A DNA stretch of 64,000 nucleotides, taken from Guillardia theta CCMP2712 (Eukaryota > Protista > Cryptophyta). Both the position numbers and the translations under genes were made by a program. The stretch covers positions 1,035,228 to 1,099,227 of the forward strand of contig NW_005434664.1 in NCBI RefSeq assembly GCF_000315625.1, given 5' to 3'. Positions 41,287 through 54,925 of the stretch are shown here, one piece after another (positions within the stretch are counted from its first letter, which is position 1; each line of letters starts with the position of its first letter). Below the pieces are notes generated by a model. That model did no database searches. It was not told the origin of the DNA and saw only the letters and a program-made list of their open reading frames with translations.

Positions 41287-43130
41287 ATGAGTCGAAGACA
41301 AGTCCGCACTCTGTATCTCTGAATGCTCACATTCGCATTCCATTCCTAGCTCTCTGCTGCTATCACATCGGTGCGTTCACCCCGCCGCTCCTTCCCTCCC
41401 GTCGTCTTGTGGTGCGAAACCTGGGCGGTCGACCATGTGGGTTTTGATCATGCTTGCTGATCATGCAGCCTAGCGCGACTGTCTCTCAGCATGCGGGGAT
41501 ACGTCGCCATCCATCCAGCTCTAGAGCATACCTGTTTCCCAGCAGATCTCGGCTCCCCCTCATCTCCCTTCGGTGTTCTATTGCCGAGCAACTCGCCGCG
41601 CCCACTGTCGTCTCTGAGTACTTCAGCGCACAGGTTCTTGTGGTGAAGGATGTCACTGCCTAGTGTCTCACTGTGATGCTGCAGACAAGGCTGGGGCTCC
41701 TTCGAACTCAGATGTTAGAATGGTATGAGGAAGAAGATCGTTACGAGGAGGACGCTGAGGCCATCTTAAACGAGTTCGTGTATGATCCTCCTCCATCCCA
41801 CCTTCCCTTGCATCATCTTTGTGACTGGGTTCTCTGTTCATTAGAAATCATGTGAAGTCGAGCACCAACTGGGTTGTTGTTCAGGAGAGCGAATCTGGTG
41901 GGTGAAATCGAAATCTGAGATCCAACCTCAGACTCTTGCTGCAGAAATTATCGCGACCTATCAGGACTCAAGTGGCGCCGCCTTGCTGCATGTTGGTCTC
42001 TACGGGTGGGACTTGTGCAGCATCTTGACAACCTGGTGACTGTGAAGACAGACTGGAGAACTGGAAGTCTCTTAGAGTCATCCGCGACCCTTCCATTCCC
42101 GCAGAACCGTTCTTCGAGTTGAGGTGCGAAGGTTGGTGAAGTGCGCAATGGTGACTGACGCTGTTGACTAGGATGGTTGGGACAGAGGTGCTGACACAGG
42201 AGATAGCATATGAAATAGTCAAGGAGTTGATGAGCAGTAACTTGTCTTGTTCAAACATCCCCTAGCTCATCTTGTTCGATCCCAGACGTCTTTGCGAAGT
42301 TTTCCGGGGAGGAGTGGAGGTCAGAGGATTTGCCTCAGATAGGAACGAGGTAAGAGCTCTGCACTGTCTCTCAGCGACCGACTGTTTTGTGTCAGCGGCT
42401 TGACGGACAAGAATGGTGACGACGTGAACCAAGGTGGGTCAATATTCCTTCCCCACCCTCCATGAACTCTTATTTTATCCCTCACTCCAGCCCTCGTAAG
42501 ACCGCCGTGCACGGCTGCATGCTTGCAGCGAGCGATTCCTGGGGAGGACAGGTGAAGGGTGTTTGCTCCATGGCACCTCTGACCAAGGTCTCAAGGCCCT
42601 TCATGGACACCAGCTCCATCACAGATTGGCTCTTACCCCAGCTGCAAATTGAAATGAAGGCAAGTTGAAAACTGCTGGGCGGCCTGAAACTCACAGGACA
42701 TGCAGGATGAAGACGATTATCTGGGGGTGCCGGGAACGACGCCGGTCGATGGGAGGTGCGGACGCGCCCGGTCCTGTGACGAATCATGACGTGGCTCAAG
42801 GGAATACGCTGAGGGACATTTTGGGGTGTATGCCTTGAACAAGAGACCGCCCAAGATCCCTGAGAACCAGACCGAACCGTACATCCCCTCTACCCAGAGG
42901 TCCAACAGAAGTTTCCGGGTGTTGTCTGCTGTGCTCTGTTTTGGTTCCTCCTCGCTGACTTGTTGTGGGTAGATTGAGGTGAGCAAGTACGAGACCGAGG
43001 AGTTGAGGAGGAGGGGAATGGTAATGCTCCTTCACCTTCCTGTGCTTGTGCTCCACCAATGAAGGAACCTCAGGCAACCGAGGAGCTGGAAGGCGAGTAC
43101 TTAGACGAGGAGAAGGAAGAGAACTGGTAA
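41287..43130 (+). CDS. Hypothetical multi-exon protein
   Basis: Chain of short GT-AG exons (TRLGLLRTQMLEWYEEEDRYEEDAEAILNEF; RLENWKSLRVIRDPSIPAEPFFELR; ...ATEELEGEYLDEEKEENW*). Start uncertain. Confidence 0.5.
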
Positions 43131-44127
43131 GAATGCTAATATCAATCCTTCAACGTTTTTGACATGTTGACATCAGAGATTTGAAACTTAGTGGTCGGGC
43201 TGAATCTATTAAAAAAAAACGCATCACCGACTACTGAAGACTCTCACTGTCATGTGCCGTCCATGGCCGCATGCTATGGCCGCGATGATCGGTGTGGCCC
43301 GGCTACACTGCGGCGGCGGCCGGCCCGGCGACTCACTGAGTCACTGCCGGCGTACGCCGGGTCCGGTCACGCGGCCCGGGCCGGGGCTGGTTTTAAGTTC
43401 CGAAGTTCATGCCGGCCCCTCGGAGTAAGAAACTCCGAAGGGCCCCGGCCCCGAGCCGCACTCAAAGTTTCATAGGCTGGCCGCGCTGTCAGCAGCGGCC
43501 GGATCACCACTCGGCCTCCTGGCCTTCAAAGATACAAAAACAAGGTTTTTACTTCCAACTGTACAGAAAATTTCAGTCAATGCTCGCCTCCCTCAAAAGT
43601 TGACTTCGTTGATCTCTTTCGCCTTTCTTTTAGAACATTTTTAGGAGGTACTTTTTGTACTGTATGTAAAAATCTGTACTGACCGCAACACTTTTAGAGG
43701 CTCTACAAACTAATATTTTCTTTATTGAACTGGTACTGCCAGCCCTGGTTTACTACCACTAATAATCAACGCAAAGTCATGGCAGCCAGCAAGCAGTCAT
43801 CCTAGCCCACAAATAGGGGTGGGGGTTAGATAATTTATGGGTGGGGTAATTGGGAACATACGGTGCAGACTCGAAATCCTGGTACAAACGACTGAACATA
43901 GTAGGGTAGGGTGATCATAGTCGCAACAGAAGGTGGGGTGATCTTTTGGTAACGGGGTGGTGTCATCCAGGCTTATCTCCCCCGATATAAAAGATACTGG
44001 GCAGTGGGCAGTTCCATGCGCTGCTCCTGCTGCTGAACTCCTCTACACTCCTTCCCTCCTCTACCGAGGCTCCCTGCTACACACTCGTTCTAACCTTCTC
44101 CGTCCCTACACACCTCCCTGCACAACA

Positions 44128-44626
44128 ATGAACCGAGCTATCCTCCTCGCACGCCCTTTCAGGAGCCTCCGATCTCTCTCCAGGAGCCTCACTCAGCAAG
44201 CCAACCGTCTTGACTCCGTCCTAGGAGGAGACCTGAGTCTCGGGCCTCTTGCCCCGAAGACTATTGCCCCTATGGCCTCTGCCATGCACGTCAACAATGT
44301 GGGAGCCGATGATCACTACATGGTAGACTCTCCGCTCTTTCAGAGTGAGGCCGTGGAAGAGGCTCAGATCAAGGACCGAGCTTATGTCCTCGCCTTGGCA
44401 GAGTCGCTCCTGATTAAGGTCAGCGTCAACTGGAGCCTCGAGCTTACCACAGCCAAGTATGAACAAGCGCATGCGGCTAGCCCTGCTGAAACTTACAAAG
44501 AGCGGGAGCACTGGAGGCATGCGTTACAACTTGCCTATGGCCCAAGCTGCATGCACAGCTAGAGCTGAAACCTTCTTGTCTCCTCTGTTGTCTCGACCCT
44601 CGTCTAGAGTCGACGTGTTGTTCTAG
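44128..44626 (+). CDS. Small hypothetical protein with a mitochondrial-presequence-like N-terminus (2 exons)
   Basis: MNRAILLARPFRSLRSLSRSLTQQ is Arg/Ser/Leu-rich and lacks acidic residues. Intron AAG|GTCAGC...CACAG. Confidence 0.55.
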
Positions 44627-44818
44627 CACCCTTGTTCTGTAACAGTAAACATCTGAAAGCTGCTTGTGAAGTACATGTCTCTACCGTTCTCTACCGTAGG
44701 TTGACACCTGCACTTTGCAATGTAGAGGATTCTGGTTCAGATAGACTAGTTTACAAATTGACAGCATGAGAACTGAGATGAAGAATGCCGATAAAGACAG
44801 AACTATACGACAGCACTA

Positions 44819-47800
44819 TCAATTGCCTCCTAGCGCTACACCGTTGTCCTTGGCCCACTTCTTCACTGTCCGGAGAAGATACTCCACCTGCATGGGTTGG
44901 TCGGTCATGTGCCCGCAGAAGCTAGAACGGTAGGAGAAGAAGCAAGGTGAGGTAGCAAGGAGAGCAAGTAGTAGGAGCAGGAGAAAGAGAGGAGGAACAG
45001 TGGATGTATGGCAGTAGCAGGAGGAGGAGGAGGAGGAGGAGGAGGAGGAAGAGAGAGTGCCTGTGGGTTGGAAGTGCTTCTGAGCATTTCGATCATCTCC
45101 GGGAGGGAGTCTTTGGGCTCTTTCTTGGCCAGCACCTGACGAGTCACTCAGCAGACACACGCACACGTCAGTCCTGACCATCTGAAAGGCGCCGACAAAG
45201 GCTCCTTTCTTGCCCTCCCAGTACTCGGGCAGTGAGTCGATGCGCTCAAGCACATTGAAAGCCTACGAGGCAAGCTCAGATGTATGGGATAGGAAGGGCA
45301 GGAAACTATAAAAGCACCAGCAAAGTAGTGTAGTAATGAAAAGGAGACAGTCTGAGGTGGGAGAAGGGATAGGCAGAAGGGATAGGCAGAAGGGAGAGGG
45401 AGGAGGGAGAAGGGAGAAGGGAGAGGGAGAGGAAGGCGTCACCTTGAGAGAGTAGAAGAAATGCCCCATGGAGTAGCACGTGTTGGCAATCTCCTTCTCT
45501 CAGAGTCACTCGTACAGCAGCTCTCTCCCAGCTCACCTGCAGCAGAACGTACGCGTTGGAGGAGACGTCCAAGGAGAGATAAGCCTGCAAGAGATGTGAC
45601 TCAAGTCCGACATCTGCTGGGGGTCTGCTGACCTCCCATGCAAGGTGAGGCTTGTCGTTGTGTATGTGCGTCCGAGCCCTCCAGGCGATGAAGGAGAACT
45701 CGTTTCTTATCTCCGGTGACTTGACGCTGTCAAACGCCTGCTCCGCTCCCTTCCTGCCCCAGCCTCGGTTAGTCCCAGGAGAGGAGGCTCGCAGCAGCCT
45801 ACCAGTGGCCGGCACAGGCTTGTGCTATGCCGAAGTTGTAGTTGAAGCTGTCGTCCTCTCGCAGGTAGGGCGCGATGGACTGAGAGCGAGTGAGAAGCTT
45901 CCAACAGAGCTCGACCCTTCCAGTCGCAGGCTCGTCGATGTCTCGCGTGCGGGCTGGGCGTCGTCTCGCAGGGGCAGCGGGAGGTGGAGGGGGACTGACC
46001 TTGAGGTAGATGTTCACGTCGTCGAACTGCTTCAGCAGGAAGAAGCACTGGGCCATACACTGCCGCACGCCTCAAGAGAGCCCGCCTCCGCCTCCTCCTC
46101 CCACCTGTCTGCCTGGGATCGTGTCGCAATGGCTGCTGGACGCGCCGACAATCTGCGGCGGGGGAACACGTCATCAGCACGAGCACACGAGCCGGCGAGT
46201 CGTCAAGAGACCTGGAAGTACTGCTGGGCCTGCTTGAGCAGCTCGGAGTTGTTCTTCTCCTGCCCATCGCCGTCACTGAACAGCAGCAGCAGCAGCAGCG
46301 ACGAGCCTGTCCGATGGAGGCATAGACGACTGCTTTCAGGATGTATTCTTCTGGTTGCGTCGGCTCCAGGTCCTTGATCACGTCCTGCGGTGGACGCGTG
46401 AGGCTGATGGGCGAGAGGGACGAGGGGAGGGACGTTGGCGTGCTCGAGGTCGCCCTGGTGGAGGTAGTAGATGCAGAGGTTGATGCGAGCTTCCGGGATG
46501 ACCGACATGAGCGGCGGAAACACCTGCCGGCCCCTCAGCCCTCAGCCCTCGGGGCTTCCCCATCACCTGCAGGGCGTTCTCGCCGCTGAGAGAGGAGGAG
46601 GTCAGCGAAGCAGAGGACCAGCAGGACGTGCGCGCGTCACCTCCGGAAGACTGAGAGGTTGTGCCGGATGAGCTCGTTGTCGATGGACGAGACTGCCAGA
46701 CGGTCACACGCAGCGCAAGAGAGCAGGAGGGAAGAAGAAGGGAGAGGAAGGAGGAGAGAAGGGATAGAGAAGGCGAGAGATGGAGAGGGAGTAGGCGAGG
46801 TGACTGCAGGAGGAGAGGCTGAGGCAGCAGACTGAGGAGGCTCAACAAGAGGCTGCGAGCAAGCGACTCTCTTACCTGGCGCTCCGTAGATGGAGCCCAA
46901 CGCCTTCAGCTCAGCCTGCGGTCAAGACGCCAGTCAGCCTTCGCCCTCCTCTTCCCCTCCTCCACCTCCGCGGCTGATCCGTTGTAGAGCTTGTAGTGGT
47001 TGCATGCTTTGATGTTGATGGCGTACAGGCTGTCTGCTCGCAGCTGGGCAGTCAGGTGGACCATGCGCACGAGCTGAGGTTCACCTGGAAACCGGTTGAG
47101 GTAGAGGTTCAAGATCTCCAGAGACACGTCGTAGTAGTCCTGCAGGGCAAGGCAGCAGGAGCGAGAGGCCGTCAGCGACAGGCGCGTCCAGCAGTCTCAT
47201 CGACCCACCAGCTTGTAGTAGCAGAGGGCCACGTACACGTTGAGCGCGATGTTGTCTCTCTGCTCCAGCAACACCCTCTTGTATACGTCCGTCGCCTCCT
47301 GCCCTCCCCCACCATCAGCCACCAGCAGATGCGCGGGCAGCCTGCCGACCTGATAGTGACCGCGAAGGAAGTGCATGGCGGCTAACGACAGCTGATCTTC
47401 AACGCTGCACGCACGCGCAGCATGACTGCCTGACGCCTCGACGCCTCCTCCTACCTTGCTGACATCTTCTGGTGGTAGATCATGAGCTTACCCTCGTCCC
47501 CTGCCGCTCGTGAGCACCCCCTCGCCCTCCTCCTCTCCTCCTCATACCTATCTTATGCGCCATGTGGAACAGGATCCGGTTCTGCAATTGACCTGGCGGC
47601 CCCCTGCAGGCGAGTCAAGTCAGTCAGCACGAGCTTCCAAGTCCCGTCCCGCACCTCAGCGCGCACTCCTCCACTGCCTTGTACTGCCCGAGCCCGAAGT
47701 GGCAGATGGCCTTCCACAACCAGGCCATGGGCTCAGGGTCTGCCGCTGGACGTGAGGGAGGAGAAGAGGAGCGAGGAGGAGGCGTCGAGTTACCTTGATC

Positions 47801-48282
47801 ATACTTGAGATGCTCGTCGATCTGATTCATCGCCGCCTGAAAGTCTCCCAGGTGGATGTAGCAGTACGCCATCCAGAACCTGATCCCTGCCTCACTCCCA
47901 CCTCCTCCCCAGCTAGTCAAACCTCTTCTCCGTCTCCAGCCCGACATTCGATTTGACTTCGTCCGTGTTCACCTGGCAGCCAGTCGGCGCTTCTCCTCAA
48001 CTCCTCCCCCTCCCCAGTCCTCGCCCCCCTTTCCCTTCCTCGCTCTCCCTGCTCCTTCCTTGCCCTCCCTCCCTCACCTGCCAGTTGAGAAGCCCCAGAG
48101 CTCCGTTCCAGTCACTGCCAGGCTGCGTCAGTCCCACCACTCTCACCAGCAGGAGCTTCGAGCATCGACCGTGATTCGACGAAGGCCTCGAGGTCGGGGA
48201 TCTTCTTCCTGTTCTCCTTCGCCTTCTTGGAGGCGGAGCTGTCGCTGAACGTCTTGGCTCCAGCCCTCTTGGGGAACAACAT
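44819..48282 (-). CDS. IFT56: Intraflagellar transport protein 56 (TTC26/DYF-13), multi-exon
   Basis: [115 protein letters not shown]. Confidence 0.95.
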
Positions 48283-49889
48283 CTTGATGCCTGGATTGCC
48301 AAGCAAGGTCAGGGTTGAGGTTAGAGAGAGTGTGATGTTGGCTTGGAGCACAAGCCTCGCAAGGTTCAGCTATCTTAAGTCTCATTCTCGCCTGCTACTT
48401 TCTAGTTTGCTGTGCCTGCCGATGCCTTCATCTATCAACTTGACGAGTCCTTTGACAGCAATCATGGCAATGGAATTGCAACTTGTCGGAACTTCGGAAG
48501 CTTAGTGGCATGGAGGCTGTGCGGCGGGGCACGAGGCTCAGGGCCATCCGGTCTCACTCCGAGGCTCAGTAGCTGCCCTTGCACTGAGGCTTAGGCCCCG
48601 CTGAGCATGGCGGCAGCGACTTGGACGTCACGCAACTGCGGCCGCCACTGCCGCTGGAGCTGAGCGACTCTCGGAGTCCTGCCGCAGTGCATACCCGCCA
48701 TCAAACTGAAACCCTCAATTGAAAAATTTAGACTCTCCTGAGTGTGCTCGTACTGATTTTTTAATTTTACTTAGGCAGTAAACCGGAAAAATTAGAGCAC
48801 ACTGAAAAATAACTCAATCCAGCTGTGTCAAACTTCACAAGTCACCTTCTCAGTACAGTGCCTAGCTCCGGGGACCGGCCCGGCCGGTGCAGCCGGGGCC
48901 CGGTACCAAGTTAATCAAGCTCAGTCGTCTTGTCCGCCCGGGGGCAGCCGGCAATAAAAAAAAACTCCCGGCAGGGTCTTGCAGGGGAGAAGGTAGGGGT
49001 GGTAGTAACGGGGGTAGGGGTGGTAGGGGTGGTAGTCAACGGTGGTAGATTTAATGTTTTATAATGGGGTGGGTGGTTGTCTTTTTGACAAAAATCACAG
49101 ACGAGGTGGTGATTGAGGCGGGGAGTAGGGGTAGAGGTAGTACAATGAGGCATTTTTTGGTGTAGGAGTGGGTAGGGTGGGTATTCGGGGTAAGGGAGTA
49201 GTCGTGGAGCGAAGTAAGCTACTTACAGGGGGGGTAGGGGTACTCCGGGTGTTGGCTTGTTTTTTACATTTCACTGGGAAATGATGGGGGTAGGGGTGGG
49301 GTTGTAAGGGGGGTAGGGTGGACAGGAGTTGTTGGTAGGGTCTGGCGCTGCAAAAAACAAGCATGGCAGAGCAATGGAAAGGCGAGGAGGAGGGGAGGAG
49401 GAAGGTAGAAGAAGGACGATGACGACTGAGAAACCTATGATAGATGAGAAGATGAGAAAACAGTAAGGAGAGCAGGGTTGGAGGAGAAAAAGGAGAGGAC
49501 AGGACAGGAGTGGAGAGGGACAGGGGAGGAGGGGTGCGTGAGCGGAACCTGAAAGAAGAGGGAAGGGAACGAGAAGATAGCACCAGGAGTATGCATTGAA
49601 GATGTTTACATCATTTGATCATATATTGTAAGGGTGAAGCAAGACGTTCGGGTGTTGGCGATGAATTTCATCTCGTAACATGTATTCTTGTCTTTGACAA
49701 ACATTCGCTTCCCACTTCGAGATGTCCGAAACTTGATCGCAGAGTATCTGTCTGACCCATTCCTGTATTCTCGGATCTGTTTTAAGCATACAGTCATTCG
49801 AATAACCGATATCAACATTGAAATGTTGACAAACGGTTGGCAGGTTGCTGTAATATCTACCCCCCCCGTTTCTTGCCAAGGCTCTCTCA

Positions 49890-51442
49890 ATGTCTAGAGC
49901 AGACTTCATGTATGCCAGCGACGATTCGTACAGTGGCTCGTTAGATTCTCAAGATGGGTTCTATGAAAACAATTCTTTTGAAGGGGATGGGCTCGAGTCG
50001 TACGACGAGATGTATGACTACGACAGCGAACACTCTGAGGGATCATGGTTCGGCCAGCAGTACGCCGTTCCAGGGATCCGCGGACAGCAGTACGGCAGTC
50101 GACCGATGGACACTGACGATCGAACTTCTCAGAGCGGCGAAGTTAGGCCCGTAGTCTGCCATATGTGCTCCCGTTCCTTTGCAAGAATGCCGAACCTTGT
50201 GAGGCACTGGGGAGGAAACATCGACCCGGTGCAACTCGACTGCTACACGTGCAGTCGTCAGTTCTGCAGTGACAGTGCGTTACTTCGGCATATGCAAGAC
50301 GCGCATGGAGATGACCCTCACTGCTGCCCTCATTGCGGAAAATCTTTCTCGTCGAGGAATGGCCTAATGTCGCACAGGGGTTTCGAGCCAGATGTTCTCT
50401 ATCACGAGTGCAACTACTGCGATCGATCCTTCTGCAGTAGAAAGTCAAGAGACCAGCATGAGAGCAGCTCGCACGGTAATGAGTGCGAAGTGTGCAACAC
50501 GCAGTTTGCATCGCGAAGGCAGCTTGAGAATCACCGAGGAGGCGCTCCTTTCAACGCACGGTTTGACTGCAGGATTTGCGGGCGCTGGTTCTGCAGTGCA
50601 AGGTTGTTGTGTTGACTTGTATCTTTTCGTTGCTCACATGCTAGCAGGAGTCTCATGCAGCATGCAGACATGTCGCATCACGGGTTTGAATGCCTGCGGT
50701 GTCCAATCTGCCGTACATCGTTTGCAAACCTCGGACAGCTTCTCCTGCATTGCGGTATTGAACAGTCAGGTTGATGATGGTCAGTGAGATTTGCTGCTCA
50801 GATGGTGTGCGACCGACACATGCCTTCCACTGCCGCGTCTGCTCGAGGCCATTCTGCAGCATGAGCAGGAAGATATTTCATGAGCAGAACGAGTAAGGGC
50901 CTGCTGCTGTGATAGGCAAGACTCAGTGATGGTTCGCCAGGTGCAACGTCGGTTCCTCTCCTGATCTCCTGGAGGACTTCTGGAGCTCCGATGGGCTTCA
51001 TAGAGCGCTAGCTGAGCTGATCCGACGAGCTCAGAGCATGAGCTCAGAGCAGCAGCAGTCCACTGCCTCCCGCGTCATGTCACGGCTGCAGCCTCGCGCA
51101 GCAACACACGAGGTGGAGGCGATCTAGCTTCAATGGCAATGTGATGGCTGTCATCAGGAAAAGGACGATAAGGAAGGATGCATCTTCTGCTTTGACAACT
51201 TTGGCTCTGCGGTGTGTTGCTGGGAGCTCGCTGTCATTCTCTGAGGCCATGCAGGACGTGACGACGCTGCCGTGCTCGCACACCTTCCACTACAAGTGCA
51301 TGAGACAGTGGGCAATGAACAACTCCTGCCCTGTATGCAGGTGAGGGAGGAACGTGCCGTGTGCTAGCTATTGATAGGCTTCTTTAGAGCACAGATATGT
51401 CGAGACCCACCCAACTCGAACTCGGACTATCTCAGGTCCTAG
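49890..51442 (+). CDS. Multi-C2H2 zinc-finger protein with a C-terminal RING-H2 domain
   Basis: Repeated CxxC-x3-F-x5-L-xx-H units (CHMCSRSF, CYTCSRQF, CPHCGKSF, CNYCDRSF, CEVCNTQF, CRICGRWF, CPICRTSF, CRVCSRPF). Spliced RING: CIFC..DVTTLPCSHTFHYKCMRQWAMNNSCPVCR. Confidence 0.85.
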
Positions 51443-51695
51443 CAAGAGCGCCTCCCGTTGGAAGCGCGTCTACCAGCCATCTGTTATGCAACTGATATCC
51501 CTGCTTGCAAGCCTAGCCTGCTGTCGTTACCCCCATCCTCGCTCCCTAGGCCCCCTCTTACAGCTCGTCGTTGCTCTGCATCCAGCCATCACTCGCACCG
51601 AGGGGCAAGAAGATTTCTCACCTTATCAACTGTGTTGGACGTCTTATCCCTGCTCACAAGCGTCAGACAAGCAAGTCTAGCCTCTCCCTCCTCCA

Positions 51696-52375
51696 TCACC
51701 CCATCACGCTGCTCCATCTTGGCATCATGAGCGATGGATTTTTCCACCAGCCAGCCTGCTGCTCTGAGGGAACTGGAGGCTGCGCCTGATCGTGTGACTG
51801 ACTCGATGACGAACTTGTCGCTGCTCCAAGAATTCCCTCAGAGGAAGGAAGCGCGAAGTAGTCCTTGGCCTTGTCAGCCGTTGATCGCCAGTCCCAGTTC
51901 GACATCTGCTGTCTCGTTACAACGAGACACAACGAGGGCCAGCGCTTTTGCAGTTCATCACCTCCGAGCACAAGCTCTTTGCCTGCAGGTACTGCTGCTT
52001 GTACCTACCATTAAGTTCCTCACATTCAAGCAAACGCAAAGTCAACAACACCATGTCGGGTCGATCAGCATGGCTGCAGAGGCGTCTAACGTGTCGCCAT
52101 ACCTCTCGTAAAGAGGGTGAATGACCTTGTATGCTCGTCACGACAAGGAACAAGCAGACGGATCTGTAATCTCACAGCTCCTTCACCGATGTGATAGTAG
52201 TCCAGCGAGTTGCCATCCTCAAGAATGTAAGCTCCACACCTGATGAGCCAACAGCTCGTCAATGTGGACAAACAGGTGCACAAGGAGACACACCAAACAC
52301 AAATACCAAATACAGGCACAAGCCGGAGCGGGAGGAGCAGGAGCAGGAGCAGGAGCAGGGCGAATGCAGGGTTTA

Positions 52376-52414
<39 letters not shown>

Positions 52415-52925
52415 ATCAAAAAGATCCATTTTTGCTCACATCAGGCGAAGTTTCCCTCTCTTGTCAGCCCACTCAAGCCAAGATCGAGGTCTCCCAGAAA
52501 AACGATCCATGTAGCTCTGGGAGCCCATCACAGGATGCCTGCAGCTCCACACGAGACAAGGAGGCACCTGAGTTTGACCTTGGGGATTTGACTGGAGGGC
52601 AATGACCTCGGCAAATCCTTTTAAATCAAATCAAACATGCAGGACACGGAGCAGACAAACGACAACCCGTGTCTTCGTCAAGAATGTCAGAGTAGTTTGA
52701 TCTATCCTCTCGCTTGTCCGCTACTTGGGTCCAGTCACTGTTATCAAACCTGCGCCACGTCACGATCCAACCGCCAAGTCCTGTCCTCTTACATCTGCAT
52801 CACCAGCGCTCGAAGCGTGGATACATCATCCCCTGTCTTTACCTTCATCGGATGCTTCTCGCCATCTGGTGCTGCGACTTGAATCACGACGTAATGGTTC
52901 GATTCTGCGGCTGTTGCTGCTCCTG
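51696..52925 (-). CDS. Ubiquitin-like-domain protein, multi-exon; boundaries approximate
   Basis: YVVIQVAAPDGEKHPMKVKTGDDVSTLRALV (UBL N-terminal half) and GKLRLMCGAYILEDGNSLDYYHIGEGAVIHLFTR (UBL C-terminal half). Confidence 0.6.
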
Positions 52926-54812
52926 ACTGTACATGTGTGTGTTCGTGGACAGGCATGGCGAGCGTGAATGGAACTCAGGCAATCAAATCAGACGGGAATG
53001 GGTACAGTGCATCGTCGGGATCGGCAGTCCTGTTTTGTGCAAAGGTCAGGGAAGTTCTCGTCAGGTATCTCATTATGATCTCAATGGATTCATCAGTAGG
53101 ACCTCGTTATGATATCATTGAATTCATCAGGTTTCAATCTTGTATGCTTTCTGAAGATTCCTTCCTAATAGATCAAACTGTCTATGCCTACCCGACGCCA
53201 TCATCCCTTCCGACCTTCTGCAATTCTCACTACCCAACTTTTACCATCGTCCACTTTTTTCATCCTTCTGCATCCCCAAAAGTTATCCGTCCTTCATCTA
53301 CTATCCATGTTCCTCCTCTTTCTCATCGTTATCGTCGTCATCATCATCGTCTCTTCGTTGTATCTCCGCTCCCTTGTTGCGCCGGTACCATTGTCCTTGA
53401 CACGCAGGCACAAAGTATCAAACTTTGAAGCGTTCGAAGGGAAAGTTCTCAATCAAGTTTAGGTTCAAACTTTCTCAGCCTGCAAAGTTTGTCATGTCTC
53501 AAAGTTTTCACAAACTCAATTAGCTAATCTTGACAGTCACATAAGGCTGCTAAGGGGTACTCAGATCAATGTGTGATTTGTACCCGTCCATAAGAACGTA
53601 GAGTTTGGGATAATATGGGGTAGGGGTAACGAACTACAGCGTTGATTGATGGGGTAGGTGGTAGCAGGAGGGAAGACCCTTCGGGCGGGGTAGGAGATGC
53701 CATTTCGGGGGGTAGCATAAGAGATTCAAGTGGGGGTGCTTTTGTGATCTATGAGGGTAGGGGTCATGAAGCTCGGGGTAGGGGGTGCAAGAACAAGTTA
53801 GTTTCTAGTCTGATGGTGTAGAGAATTGTGGGAAGACAACGGGGTGGGTGACTCTAATTGATGGTGGGGGGTACAGAGAGCTTCACTGTTGATTCAGGGG
53901 AGGGGTGGGGTAGTTTAGTTTTGATTTTCCGTACCTCATTTGGACATATCGGTGGCAATGGTGGTAGCAATACTATCAGGGGGTAGGGGCTCATGAAAGA
54001 TTTCAATTTTGAAAGCATAGTTTTCAATATCTTCTGAACGTTTCAATAATTAAATTCTAATTTGGGTAATTCAGGGAGTTGAGAGTGAAATTTTGAATTT
54101 GTTGTCGGAGCTATGGGGTAGGGTGATGGTAAGGATGGGGTAGTGAATGCCAGCAGGAGGGTGTGGGGTCCCTGCATGCTGCAAGCCCTTCATGACACGT
54201 CGAAAGCGACGAGAGGAGATGAGGAGCGCGGAGAAATGGCAGAGAGAGCAGAGAGACACGATAACGATGGATGCGAAGACTGCCCGGCATGCCGCAAAGC
54301 AGACTTGCAGAAATGATAGAGAGAGGAAGCGAGACAAATGCGGTGAAGGTTGCAGTGGGAGGAATGTGTGTTGCGATGAGGGGTTTTAGTCGTGTTGAAA
54401 GACGGCCATGAAGATGAAAAGCGGCATGCCTCGATGGTTTGAAGGATGAGATGGCTGCAAAAGATCTTACATGGGAAATATGCGGAAATTTAAGTAACTT
54501 TGAGAGAGAGCTATGAGGTATTCGTTAGCATGATTCACAAAGGAGAGTCGCAATATTTTGAATTTCGGGGTTTCAACTTTAAATCTTCACTTGTGTTGGT
54601 CAAGGTCTGGCTGTTATAATCGCATTTGCAATATACAATCCTCGGACTAGATGAAATCATGATGCAAACTCCTTCTTTATAAGCACTGATAGATCGCCTT
54701 ATGGGTGCTGTGGGAATTGCAATTAGAGTTGTTTTCTTCACAAATTCCAATGATGATGTAAAGCTTTAGGCGGGTATGTTGACTGATCCTCACTCTCAGA
54801 CTCACTGCTTGC

Positions 54813-54894
54813 ATGCTTCAAGAAAGTAGCGATCTACGAGATCCCTTGAATCCTGCTGAAAGCACCAACATTTCTTCGACATTTGGTGGTGATA

Positions 54895-54925
<31 letters not shown>

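Noticed and set aside
49688-49897. Possible F-box-like segment (FPLRDVRNLIAEYLS)
   Set aside because: Weak similarity only, and no clear splice link to the downstream zinc-finger gene.
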